Source: Eubacteriales bacterium
GTDB taxonomy: Bacteria > Bacillota > Clostridia > Oscillospirales > CAG-272
Direction of reading: 5' to 3'
Assembly (NCBI GenBank): GCA_045126815.1
Contig: JBGVPD010000071.1
Coordinates: 1 to 60,351 of the forward strand
DNA: 60,351 bases
The position numbers and the translations under genes were made by a program. The notes beneath the pieces were generated by a model that was not told the DNA's origin, searched no databases, and was given only the letters and a program-made list of their open reading frames with translations. Shown in pieces: positions 20,093 to 29,382 of the stretch; position 1 is the stretch's first letter, and every line of letters starts with the position of its first letter.

Positions 20093-20280
20093 TAAGAAAA
20101 ACAAACAAAACAATCCTCGTCTAGTATATAGACGGGGATTTTGTTTTTAGGTTTTGTCATTATTGCAAGAGTGGCAAGATTGAAATTTATAAGTACATAT
20201 AAGAGCTCAAAATGTGATTTTGCGGCGGTATACTGTTTTTGTATATAAAACAATACTGTGAATAAAGAGAGGCAATAAAA

Positions 20281-20883
20281 ATGAATAAAAAAACAAGAGT
20301 AATGGTAGAAAGCGCGGTTTTGATAGCTGCATCTATAATTTTATCATTTATAAAAGTATATGAAGCTCCGCTCGGCGGTTCTGTAACGATGTTTTCAATG
20401 GTACCGCTTATGATAATTTCCATACGTCACGGTATAGGCTGGGGATTGGGTTCAGCTTTCGTGTTTTCCGTATTTAAATTATGGATGGGAGCAGGAAATT
20501 TTGCTTATGTGCCGACACTAACAGGAATAATTGTTGTTATACTGCTTGATTATCTTGTAGCTTATACATCGATAGGATTAGCAGGAATTTTCCGCAAATT
20601 GAACGTTTTAAAAGAAGAAAAGGCAAACGTTACCTTAACTACGTTTTGCGGCGTATTGTTGGCTTGTTTGGTAAGATTTATGAGCCATTTTGTAAACGGA
20701 GCTGTTGTGTGGTATGAGATAACTAAAAATCTTGAGTGGAACGAATATGTTCAAACTGTTGGAATGTGGCTGTATTCGTTTGTTTATAACATAACGTACC
20801 TTGGCCCTGAAACTCTGATGACACTTGTTGCAGTGCCGGTAATAGTAACTATACTCGGTGTTATGAAAAGACACGCAAAATAA
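20281..20883 (+). CDS. thiT: Energy-coupled thiamine transporter S component
   Basis: PLGGSVT, LLDYLVAY, RFMSHFVNG.VVW, YSFVYNITY; TPP riboswitch upstream. Confidence 0.88.
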   Translation: MNKKTRVMVESAVLIAASIILSFIKVYEAPLGGSVTMFSMVPLMIISIRHGIGWGLGSAFVFSVFKLWMGAGNFAYVPTLTGIIVVILLDYLVAYTSIGLAGIFRKLNVLKEEKANVTLTTFCGVLLACLVRFMSHFVNGAVVWYEITKNLEWNEYVQTVGMWLYSFVYNITYLGPETLMTLVAVPVIVTILGVMKRHAK

Positions 20884-20948
20884 GTAAAAATAAAAAGCAG
20901 ATACACGGTGAGATCAACCGTAAATCTGCTTTTGTTTTTTGTGATTAA

Positions 20949-21287
20949 TTAACCCAATTTTTCAACAAGTTTTTTGCCGCCGAGGATATGGAAGTGCATA
21001 TGTTTTACCGACTGGCAGCCGTCGTCGCCAACGTTTGTAATAATGCGGTATCCGTTTTCAAGATTACATATTTCAGCAATTTTAGGAATCGCTTCGAATA
21101 TTTTTGCAACGATAGGGCTGTTAAATACGTTGATTTCATTAGCTGACTGGATGTGTTGTTTGGGGATAACTACTATATGAACGGGTGCTTGGGGTGCGAT
21201 GTCGTGAAATGCAAGGATTTGTTCGTCTTCGTATACTTTCTTCGAGGGAACATCTCCCGATATGATTTTACAGAAAATACAATCCAT
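20949..21287 (-). CDS. HIT-family nucleotide hydrolase (Hint)
   Basis: MDCIFCKI, HMHFHILGG histidine triad. Confidence 0.95.
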   Translation of the reverse strand: MDCIFCKIISGDVPSKKVYEDEQILAFHDIAPQAPVHIVVIPKQHIQSANEINVFNSPIVAKIFEAIPKIAEICNLENGYRIITNVGDDGCQSVKHMHFHILGGKKLVEKLG

Positions 21288-21545
21288 AATATAAGCTCAC
21301 TTTCTTTTTCAGTAATATTATTATATTACGTATATGCATATTTTAATTCAATATGTGTTAAATGTCAATGAAGATAAAAGAAGTTGATGTTATTTTAACT
21401 ATGAAATACATTAAATAAAGAAAATGAAGTTTTAACTTTATATCATAAGCGAAAAATCGGTTGCAAATATTTAAATATTATTGACATTATTCAAAAAAAT
21501 GGGTATAATATAGTCGATAAAATATATTTTACGGAGGACAATAAA

Positions 21546-21749
21546 ATGAAGGTAACAAAACAGTCTATTATTGGCGATGTACTTGATTATGATAGAGGTA
21601 CAGCAGAATTTTTCCTTGCAATAGGAATGCACTGCCTTGGCTGCCCCGCATCAAGAGGCGAAAGCATTGAGGCTGCATGTGCTGTTCACGGCACTAACGC
21701 AGACGAGCTTGTAGAAAAGCTTAACGCTTATTTTGCATCGAAGAACTGA
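21546..21749 (+). CDS. DUF1858 small Cys-containing protein
   Basis: GMHCLGCPASRGESIEAACAVHG. Confidence 0.88.
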   Translation: MKVTKQSIIGDVLDYDRGTAEFFLAIGMHCLGCPASRGESIEAACAVHGTNADELVEKLNAYFASKN

Positions 21750-21809
21750 CGTTTAAGGATAACATGGGGGCTTTTTTGGAAGGTCCCCTTTGTTTTATTT
21801 AATCTGGGA

Positions 21810-22514
21810 GTGGCAAAAGTGGCAAATATTATACTCGATAAACGAATGAAATGTATAGCTGACTGTGTTTTTGAAAATGCAATTTTGGCTGATATTGGTA
21901 CCGATCACGGAAAGTTGCCTATATACCTTGCAAAGATTGGAAAAATAAAAAGGGCAGTAGCTTCAGATATAAATGAAATGCCTTTACAAAAGGCGGTAGA
22001 CAATATAAAAAAATACGGCTATGAAGACGTTATAGATACATACCTGACAGACGGATTAAAGGGAATAGAAAATTTTTCGCCTGATTGCGTCGTGATTGCG
22101 GGAATGGGCGGAGAACTGATTGAACAAATACTGTCAAATTCGACGTTGGATAAGAACAACGTTAAGTTTATTTTACAGCCTATGACCAAAGAGGAGCATT
22201 TGCGTCGGTATTTATGTGAAAATGGTTTTAAGATAACCGATGAATATATCGTAAAAGAAGGTAAATTGTATCAAATTATATGCTGTGAATATTCGGGGTG
22301 CAGATATGAAATGTCGGATTGCGAATATTTGCTCGGCAAGATAAATATAGAGAAAAAAGAACAGTTGTTTACAGAGCTGTTAGACAAGGTGATCGATAGG
22401 ATCAAGACTAAGATAGAAGGGAAATGCCGCGCCGGAATTGAAGTATCATACGAAGAGCAGATTCTTTCTCGGTTATTGGAGATAAGGGAGAAAAGTTATG
22501 ACAAATGTAAATGA
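21810..22514 (+). CDS. trmK: tRNA (adenine22-N1)-methyltransferase
   Basis: ADIGTDHG.LP, DGL, IAGMGGELI, ILQPM. Confidence 0.92.
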   Translation: MAKVANIILDKRMKCIADCVFENAILADIGTDHGKLPIYLAKIGKIKRAVASDINEMPLQKAVDNIKKYGYEDVIDTYLTDGLKGIENFSPDCVVIAGMGGELIEQILSNSTLDKNNVKFILQPMTKEEHLRRYLCENGFKITDEYIVKEGKLYQIICCEYSGCRYEMSDCEYLLGKINIEKKEQLFTELLDKVIDRIKTKIEGKCRAGIEVSYEEQILSRLLEIREKSYDKCK

Positions 22515-23253
22515 ATTATATTTATATCTTGAAAATGCCATCCCCAGAGAGTTGTCTTGTGAATGGGATAATGACGGCAGAATGTGTGTTCCTTGTTTTA
22601 ACAGAGAAGTGAAAAAGGTGCTTATATGCCTTGATATAAACGAAGATGCAGTTGATTATGCGGCGGAGAACAAATTTGACTGTATCATTTCTCACCATCC
22701 TTTGATTTTTAATCCGCTTAAAAATGTAGATGCCGAGAATAATGTTGCAAAAAAGGTATGCAAGTTAATAAAAAATGATATTGCCGCAATTTCATTTCAT
22801 ACAAGGCTTGACAAGGTGAGTGGCGGAGTGAATGACGCTTTGGCTGATATCATGGGACTGAAAAACACAGAGGATTTTTCAGATGTCGGAAGAATGGGTA
22901 AGATCGAACAGGTGTGTCTTAAAGATTTTGCCGAAAGATTAAAGAAAGATTTAAATTCAGATAGAGTTATCTGCGTTGACGGCGGTAAAAAGGTAAGCAA
23001 GATTGCCGTTGTGGGCGGAAGCGGAAAAGATTATCTCGAAGAAGCGTTGAATTGTGGCTGTGATACGTTTGTTACGGGGGAGGTACCGTATAATCGCGAA
23101 CAAGATGCAAAAGAAATGGGGATCAATCTCGTTTGTTTGGGCCACTATTTTACTGAAAACGTGGTGTGCGAACGTTTGGAGATGTTGGTTAAAAATTATG
23201 ACAGTATGATTTATACTGAGCGTTTTGAGACAAATCCGGCGTTTACTGTATAA
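22498..23253 (+). CDS. Nif3-like dinuclear metal hexameric protein
   Basis: WDNDG, HHPLIF, HTRLD, GHYFTE; usual trmK neighbour. Confidence 0.92.
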   Translation: MTNVNELYLYLENAIPRELSCEWDNDGRMCVPCFNREVKKVLICLDINEDAVDYAAENKFDCIISHHPLIFNPLKNVDAENNVAKKVCKLIKNDIAAISFHTRLDKVSGGVNDALADIMGLKNTEDFSDVGRMGKIEQVCLKDFAERLKKDLNSDRVICVDGGKKVSKIAVVGGSGKDYLEEALNCGCDTFVTGEVPYNREQDAKEMGINLVCLGHYFTENVVCERLEMLVKNYDSMIYTERFETNPAFTV

Positions 23254-23347
23254 AAGAAAAATATTTAAAAAGAAGTTGTTTACAAAACTGTCTGTTTAGT
23301 TTATAATAATACAGATAGACTATATAACATTTTTAGGAGGATTTCCC

Positions 23348-24454
23348 TTGATTATTCAACTTGAAGAAGCGAAACGTGAGCTTGTAAAGCTTGACGGTGA
23401 TATAGACGAACTGGGTAATGCGATGAAAATAGAGGAGCTTAAGGTAACGGTTGTTGCTCTTGAGGAAAAGACGTTGGCTCCTGATTTTTGGAATTCATCC
23501 GATTCAAGTACGATCTTACAACAGATAAAATCTATGAAGGACAAACTTGAGGCATTTGAGAAGCTTAAGAAACGTTGCGAGGATGCGGTAGTTCTTGCGG
23601 AAATGGGACTTGAGGAAAACGACGAAAGTGTACTTGAAGAAGTAATTACCGAGCAAAAATCAATAGAAGAAGAAATTGAAACGAGAAGAATAGCAACTTT
23701 GCTGTCGGGCGAATATGATAAAAATAATGCTATTGTTTCTTTCCATCCGGGTGCGGGTGGTACTGAGGCTCAGGACTGGGCGCAGATGTTATACCGTATG
23801 TATACCCGTTGGGGCGAACGTAATGGATATAATGTTAAGCTTATCGACTGGCTGGACGGAGACGAGGCAGGTCTTAAGAGCGCGACCATTATGATCGAGG
23901 GCGAAAACGCTTACGGTTATCTTAAGGGTGAAAATGGAGTACACCGTTTGGTTAGAGTATCGCCGTTTGATGCATCGGGCAGACGTCATACGTCTTTTGC
24001 ATCGGTTGAAGTTATGCCTGAATTTGAAGATGACGGTAAGATAGAACTTAAGGAAGAAGAACTTGAGATCACAGCGCACAGATCGAGCGGTGCCGGCGGT
24101 CAGCATATTAATAAGACAGACTCCGCTATAAGAATTTTGCATATTCCGACAGGTATAGTCGTTGGTTGCCAGACCGAAAGAAGTCAGCTTCAGAACAAAG
24201 AAACGGCTATGAAAATGTTGAAGGCAAAACTTATGGAAATAAAAGAACGTGAAAAACTTGATAAGATAGAAGATATCAAGGGCGTTAAAACGAATATAGA
24301 ATGGGGCGCGCAGATCAGATCTTACGTGTTTATGCCCTATACTTTGGCTAAAGATACAAGAACGGGTTATGAGGACGGAAACATTTCGGCTGTTATGGAT
24401 GGCGAGATCGACGGCTTTATAAACGCATATCTTAAGTCCCAATCAAAGATTTAA
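23348..24454 (+). CDS. prfB: Peptide chain release factor 2, single frame with TTG start
   Basis: GAGGTEAQDW, SPF motif, GGQ, WGAQIRSY; AGGAGG RBS. Confidence 0.96.
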   Translation: MIIQLEEAKRELVKLDGDIDELGNAMKIEELKVTVVALEEKTLAPDFWNSSDSSTILQQIKSMKDKLEAFEKLKKRCEDAVVLAEMGLEENDESVLEEVITEQKSIEEEIETRRIATLLSGEYDKNNAIVSFHPGAGGTEAQDWAQMLYRMYTRWGERNGYNVKLIDWLDGDEAGLKSATIMIEGENAYGYLKGENGVHRLVRVSPFDASGRRHTSFASVEVMPEFEDDGKIELKEEELEITAHRSSGAGGQHINKTDSAIRILHIPTGIVVGCQTERSQLQNKETAMKMLKAKLMEIKEREKLDKIEDIKGVKTNIEWGAQIRSYVFMPYTLAKDTRTGYEDGNISAVMDGEIDGFINAYLKSQSKI

Positions 24455-24488
24455 AATTTAACTTAAAAATCACGGGAGGAATACTGAA

Positions 24489-24782
24489 ATGATGAAGAAG
24501 ACAGCTTTTTATGCAGGTATTACGTTAATTATTCAATCTATATCCATGGTGGTATTGTTTTTCTTGCTTTTTGCAAAGAAAAAGAATTTGGCGACCGTAT
24601 TGCTCGCTATGTCTGCGGCAGGGGGAGTAACCGGCGGTGTGCTTTTGTATAAACATGCAAAGAGAGTAAAGGCTGAGGAAGAGCTTTTGAGTGAGTTCCT
24701 CGGTGATGACGAATATACGTACGACGACGGCGAAATGGAAATTCTTACTGACGATTACGTTGATGAAGCTGAATTTTGCTGA
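24489..24782 (+). CDS. Hypothetical small membrane protein with acidic tail
   Basis: GGAGG RBS, two TM segments. Confidence 0.7.
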   Translation: MMKKTAFYAGITLIIQSISMVVLFFLLFAKKKNLATVLLAMSAAGGVTGGVLLYKHAKRVKAEEELLSEFLGDDEYTYDDGEMEILTDDYVDEAEFC

Positions 24783-24801
24783 TAAATAAAAGAGGGTAAG
24801 T

Positions 24802-25209
24802 ATGAGTAAATATGCTGAAAAAGCTCTTGAGCTACATGCAAAGGGATATAATTGCGCTCAGGCGGTATTGTGTGCTTTTAAAGACAAGCTTGATATGGAT
24901 GAGACGTCATTATATAAGATTGCAGAAGGGTTTGGCTCAGGTATAGGTAACAGAAAACATCTTTGCGGGGCGCTGACCGGAGCCGTAATGGTGTCGGGAC
25001 TTGCATCGAGCAGCGGAGATGTGCAGAACTCAACCAAAAAACAGACTTATAAAATATCAAGCGGAATTACTGATTATTTTCAAGAGAACTGTAATGCTGT
25101 GGATTGCTATGATATCAAGGGGATCGATAGCGGGAAAGTCAAGGCTAGTTGCCAAGACTGTATATTGGTTGCAGTTCAAGCTGTTGAGGACATAGTTTTC
25201 GGTAAATAA
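24802..25209 (+). CDS. C_GCAxxG_C_C family putative redox protein
   Basis: YNCAQAV, CGALTG, further Cys residues. Confidence 0.88.
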   Translation: MSKYAEKALELHAKGYNCAQAVLCAFKDKLDMDETSLYKIAEGFGSGIGNRKHLCGALTGAVMVSGLASSSGDVQNSTKKQTYKISSGITDYFQENCNAVDCYDIKGIDSGKVKASCQDCILVAVQAVEDIVFGK

Positions 25210-25226
25210 AGTTTGGTTAGGTAAAT

Positions 25227-26135
25227 ATGAGTTATAAAAAAATAAAAGCGGCGTTTATGCTTGTTATAGCGGCACTTGTATGGGGTGCTGCTATGTCGTT
25301 TCAGAGCGAAGGAATGGAGCACGTAGGGCCGTTAACGTTTCAGGCGGTAAGATTTTTGCTTGGAGGTACGGTGTTGCTTCCGGCAGTGTATTTTATAGGA
25401 AAGAAAGATCCCGGAGAGAACAGAGCCGATTATAACCCTAAAGGTGTGTATATAGGTGGTGCGGTGTGCGGTACAGCACTTATGGTAGCTTGTACGCTTC
25501 AACAGTATGGCATTGTGTATACTACCGTAGGTAAAGCAGGTTTTTTGACAAGTCTTTACATAATTATTATTCCGATATTGGGATTGTTTTTGAGAAAAAG
25601 AATCGGGCTGAATATTTGGGTAAGCGTATTTCTTGCTATGGCGGGAATGTATCTGCTTTGTATGAAAGAGTCGCTTGTTCTTTCAAAGGGAGATACTTTG
25701 GTGTTTATCTGCGCTTTCGTGTTCTCTTTACAGATCATGGCGGTGGATAAATATACAGCAATATATAACGCGTTAAAACTATCGTGTATACAGTTTTACG
25801 TATGCGGAATTTTATCTTGTATAGTAATGTTTATATTTGAAAAGCCTATGCTGAATGATATATTAAATGCGTGGGTGCCCATTTTATATACAGGTGCTTG
25901 TTCCTGCGGAATAGGATATACGTTCCAGTCAATAGCCCAAAAGGATCTGGATCCGTCGTTGGCGTCGATATTAATGAGTCTGGAATCTGTTTTTGCGGCA
26001 TTGTTCGGTTGGATACTGATAGGGCAGAAAATGTCGTTTAGAGAGATCGTTGGTTGTGTGATTATGTTTGCGGCAATAATAATAGCTCAAGTTTTTGAAC
26101 CGAAAGAGGATAACAAAAAACCCATCAAGAATTAA
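25227..26135 (+). CDS. DMT/EamA family transporter
   Basis: About ten TM segments in two repeats; TTVGKAGFLTSLY, SLESVFAA. Confidence 0.92.
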   Translation: MSYKKIKAAFMLVIAALVWGAAMSFQSEGMEHVGPLTFQAVRFLLGGTVLLPAVYFIGKKDPGENRADYNPKGVYIGGAVCGTALMVACTLQQYGIVYTTVGKAGFLTSLYIIIIPILGLFLRKRIGLNIWVSVFLAMAGMYLLCMKESLVLSKGDTLVFICAFVFSLQIMAVDKYTAIYNALKLSCIQFYVCGILSCIVMFIFEKPMLNDILNAWVPILYTGACSCGIGYTFQSIAQKDLDPSLASILMSLESVFAALFGWILIGQKMSFREIVGCVIMFAAIIIAQVFEPKEDNKKPIKN

Positions 26136-26170
26136 CTTGATGGGTTAAATTTTTTTGTTTTTAATCGTTA

Positions 26171-26482
26171 TTAATAAATACCTCTTGTGAAGTTAGCGTC
26201 AAGGTTCTGTATATGGTTGATGTAGTTCTTGAATGCAATAACGTCAAGGACGTTTATAACACCGTTTCCGTCAAAATCGACCATATCTGTCATATCCTGA
26301 GTTACTTCTTTTTCGCCTACGATTGCCTGCATAACTTCGAGTACGTCTTCGTTGTCAACAGAAGAGTCGCCGTTAAAATCAAGGTAGTTGGAAGATAAAG
26401 CAAACATAGATATGGTGATTGCCAAAATAACGGCAACTGAAAGTATAATGAATAAAGGAGTTTTCTTATGTAAATTTTTCAT
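26171..26482 (-). CDS. Small exported protein made essentially of one type I dockerin
   Basis: N-terminal hydrophobic segment then DFNGDSSVDNEDV...DFDGNGVINVLDV; exact start uncertain (26482/26488). Confidence 0.7.
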   Translation of the reverse strand: MKNLHKKTPLFIILSVAVILAITISMFALSSNYLDFNGDSSVDNEDVLEVMQAIVGEKEVTQDMTDMVDFDGNGVINVLDVIAFKNYINHIQNLDANFTRGIY

Positions 26483-26716
26483 TGACATAGATCCTTTCAA
26501 AGCGAAAATATTTATAATTTATTCTATCACGAATCATGGAAAAAGTCAACAGATTTGAAGTAAAAGAGATAAAAAATACAAATGTTTATAAATATCGTGG
26601 TATATCTTGACAATATTTTTCAAAAATGTATTGCAATTTCATAACGTTTGTGCTATAATAACTCTGTTAAAAATAAGTTTATTATTTGATTTATCATAAA
26701 TTGGAGGTGCATCGGA

Positions 26717-26905
26717 ATGGCAAAGTGTGATTTCTGCGGCAAGAGTGTAGCATTTGGACTTAATGTTTCTCACTCCAACCGTAAAACAAACAGAGTATGG
26801 AAACCCAATATCAGAAAGGTAAAGGCAGTTGTTAACGGAACTCCCAAGACTGTAAATGTATGCTCTCGTTGTCTCCGTTCAAACAAGGTTACAAGAGCTA
26901 ACTGA
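26717..26905 (+). CDS. rpmB: 50S ribosomal protein L28
   Basis: MAKCDFCGK..G.NVSHSNRKT.R.WKPN...CSRCLRS. Confidence 0.98.
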   Translation: MAKCDFCGKSVAFGLNVSHSNRKTNRVWKPNIRKVKAVVNGTPKTVNVCSRCLRSNKVTRAN

Positions 26906-26979
26906 TCGTATATTGAAGTATTTCAGCCCGGACGCTATTTGTGCTCCGGGCTTTGCTCTTTTTTTCAAAAAGTGAGGTG

Positions 26980-27675
26980 ATGTATATTAAGACTGTGCTT
27001 GTAGGTAATAATATAACAAACAAATGTGAAAACAGTTTGATACAGATGGGGTATAGGATTGTAAGATTACCCGAATATTCATATCTGCCGAAGCCTGTAT
27101 CGAGTCACGCTGATATGTTATTGTTTTATGACGGAAAAAAGATTATAACCCACAAAGGATATTATTACGAGAATAAGGATTTGTTTGACACTTTGGGTAT
27201 AGAGATAGAGTTGTCGGACGAATTTATGGGGGACGTGTACCCGAACGATATTCTTTTTAATGCTGTTTTAACTTCCGCAGGACAGCTTTTTTCGAAAAGT
27301 GAATATACATCAAGCTTGATTAAAGAAAAATCAAAAAAGCTCATTAACGTTAAGCAAGGGTATACCGCTTGTTCTACGTGTAAGGTTAGTCAATTTGATT
27401 TTATTACGACGGACGAAGGATTATGCCGAATATATAAAGAAAACGGTATTAACAGTCTTTTGGTGTCAAAGAACGGGATATATCTGCCGGGATACGATTG
27501 CGGTTTTATCGGAGGTGCTACCGTGGTTTTGCCCGAAGGGGTGTGTTTTTTCGGTGATGCTTCGTATCATTCGGATTATGATAAAATTTTGGATTTTGCT
27601 GATAAAGCGGGAAAGAAAATTATATCTTTGTCAGATGAAAAAATAATGGATATCGGGGGCGCGGTTGTTATATAG
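26980..27675 (+). CDS. DUF6873-like (GME/amidinotransferase-fold) protein
   Basis: HADM, YPNDILFN, VKQGYTACS, ITTDEG, LPGYDCGFIGG, DIG. Confidence 0.75.
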   Translation: MYIKTVLVGNNITNKCENSLIQMGYRIVRLPEYSYLPKPVSSHADMLLFYDGKKIITHKGYYYENKDLFDTLGIEIELSDEFMGDVYPNDILFNAVLTSAGQLFSKSEYTSSLIKEKSKKLINVKQGYTACSTCKVSQFDFITTDEGLCRIYKENGINSLLVSKNGIYLPGYDCGFIGGATVVLPEGVCFFGDASYHSDYDKILDFADKAGKKIISLSDEKIMDIGGAVVI

Positions 27676-27679
27676 ATAA

Positions 27680-27708
27680 TTGACATAAAGGGTTATCTGT
27701 GGTATAAT
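27680..27708 (+). promoter_or_regulatory. SigA promoter for the TerB-ATPase-alaS run
   Basis: TTGACA-N17-TATAAT with TG extension. Confidence 0.75.
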
Positions 27709-27780
27709 AAAAAGAAAAAATGCGGCTTGTTTTTTGTGTAGTTTTTGGGCAAAAGTAAGGTAAGAAAACGGTGTAGTGTA

Positions 27781-29382
27781 ATGATTTTCAAGAACAATGA
27801 TGAAAAATTGAAAAAAATGCATACAGTTGATGATACCGATAGATTTTGGGATATTACCAACATTACACCGCCGATAAAAAAGCAAGGCGTTTATTATGAT
27901 AAAATAAACGAACAAACGGTTTTGATTTCCGACGATAAAGAAGGCGTTAAGGGGAGTGTTTCTCAGCCTATAAGTTATCCGGAGAATATTTCAGAAAAGC
28001 TATTCTCTTATAAGCCCAATAACTGTTTGATAAAAAATATAAACGTATATTCATGGCAGAGGCAGTATTCTTTTTACGAAAGATTTAGGCTTGATGCTCG
28101 GAAGTATTTCAATTTAAAACATCCGGAAGTTCAGCCTGTCAGCTACTTTTCGTATATGCCCGGATATATACAGATGTCTTTAAAACAGAGAAAATGGTAT
28201 TTTTATTGGCGTGACTGTGTAAGAAACAAGAAGTATCCGGAGACGGACAGCAGTTATATTTTGTTGTACGTTTACGAGATTATAAATTTACCTGAACTTA
28301 TTCCTGCAAACGAAGGAATAGAGCTTTTGTGCGATATATGGGAGAAATACAGAAAGAGTTATACAAAGCTTGACAGATTTATGTCGGAATGGGTTTTTGA
28401 TTACTGTATAGTAAACCAAGTGGAATTGCCTTTTGAAAGGATACGTTCGTTTTACGATGCAGTGATTGAGACTGCATCTTTCAAGCAGTTTTATATAAAT
28501 TGCAACGATGATAATATATATGCCGATCTGCTTTTTGAAAAATTATCGTCATATAACTGGCGAAAGAGCAAATATATAAACGATCAAAACAGAGAACTGT
28601 TTGAGAAACACATAAGGTCGGCTTTTATTTATTCAATTGACAGATTTGCGAAAATTGATGGAAGATTTGATAAAGATAACGGAAGAGTTTGTTTGAAAAA
28701 GATCGTGCGTGACTCTTTTTCGGGTGCACTTTGCGTATATAACGTAAAGAAAAAAATAGAGATAGAATATTTTGACCTGTCTAAAGAAACGGAACTTTTG
28801 TTTATAGTTACGGATATGGTTAGATATTGTGAGAATAGGGTACGTGCGCACCTTGGAATCAGACCAAAACTGTCAACGCCCAACCTTACCGAACAGCAAA
28901 AGAATATAATTAACGAATATTTTGATGAATATTTGCCTTCGTTGAATTACAGCGAGACAAAGAAGAAAAATGACGTTGATTATGAGATAACCCTAGAACC
29001 AGACAAACCGTTTGAGGTGTCGTTTGAAAAGGCGAGGGAAATAGAAAAAAGCTCGTGGGATATTACCGATAGGCTTATTGTTGATGACTATATAGAGGAA
29101 GATATACCGGATAATTCCGAAGATTCAAAAAGCGAAATTAAATCTATTGAGAATGAAACACTTGATGTTGCAAGACAGGCGCTTATTTACGTTGTTAAGA
29201 ACGATATGATATCTTTTGCGAAATTGGCGGAAGAGTGTTATATGCTGAATGAGACTTTGGCGGAATGTGTAAACGAGCTTTGTTATGAAATATTAGGTGA
29301 TGTTGGTATAGAAGAACTTGACGGAAGATATAAGGTTATATCCGATTATGAACAGGAGATCAAAGAATGGCTGAAATTGTAA
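27781..29382 (+). CDS. TerB N-terminal/TerB-C domain protein (SngA-like)
   Basis: YFSYMPGY.QM...WYFYWR..VR...SYILLYVYEIIN pattern; C-terminal ECVNELCYEILGD.GIE..Y; start uncertain. Confidence 0.75.
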   Translation: MIFKNNDEKLKKMHTVDDTDRFWDITNITPPIKKQGVYYDKINEQTVLISDDKEGVKGSVSQPISYPENISEKLFSYKPNNCLIKNINVYSWQRQYSFYERFRLDARKYFNLKHPEVQPVSYFSYMPGYIQMSLKQRKWYFYWRDCVRNKKYPETDSSYILLYVYEIINLPELIPANEGIELLCDIWEKYRKSYTKLDRFMSEWVFDYCIVNQVELPFERIRSFYDAVIETASFKQFYINCNDDNIYADLLFEKLSSYNWRKSKYINDQNRELFEKHIRSAFIYSIDRFAKIDGRFDKDNGRVCLKKIVRDSFSGALCVYNVKKKIEIEYFDLSKETELLFIVTDMVRYCENRVRAHLGIRPKLSTPNLTEQQKNIINEYFDEYLPSLNYSETKKKNDVDYEITLEPDKPFEVSFEKAREIEKSSWDITDRLIVDDYIEEDIPDNSEDSKSEIKSIENETLDVARQALIYVVKNDMISFAKLAEECYMLNETLAECVNELCYEILGDVGIEELDGRYKVISDYEQEIKEWLKL

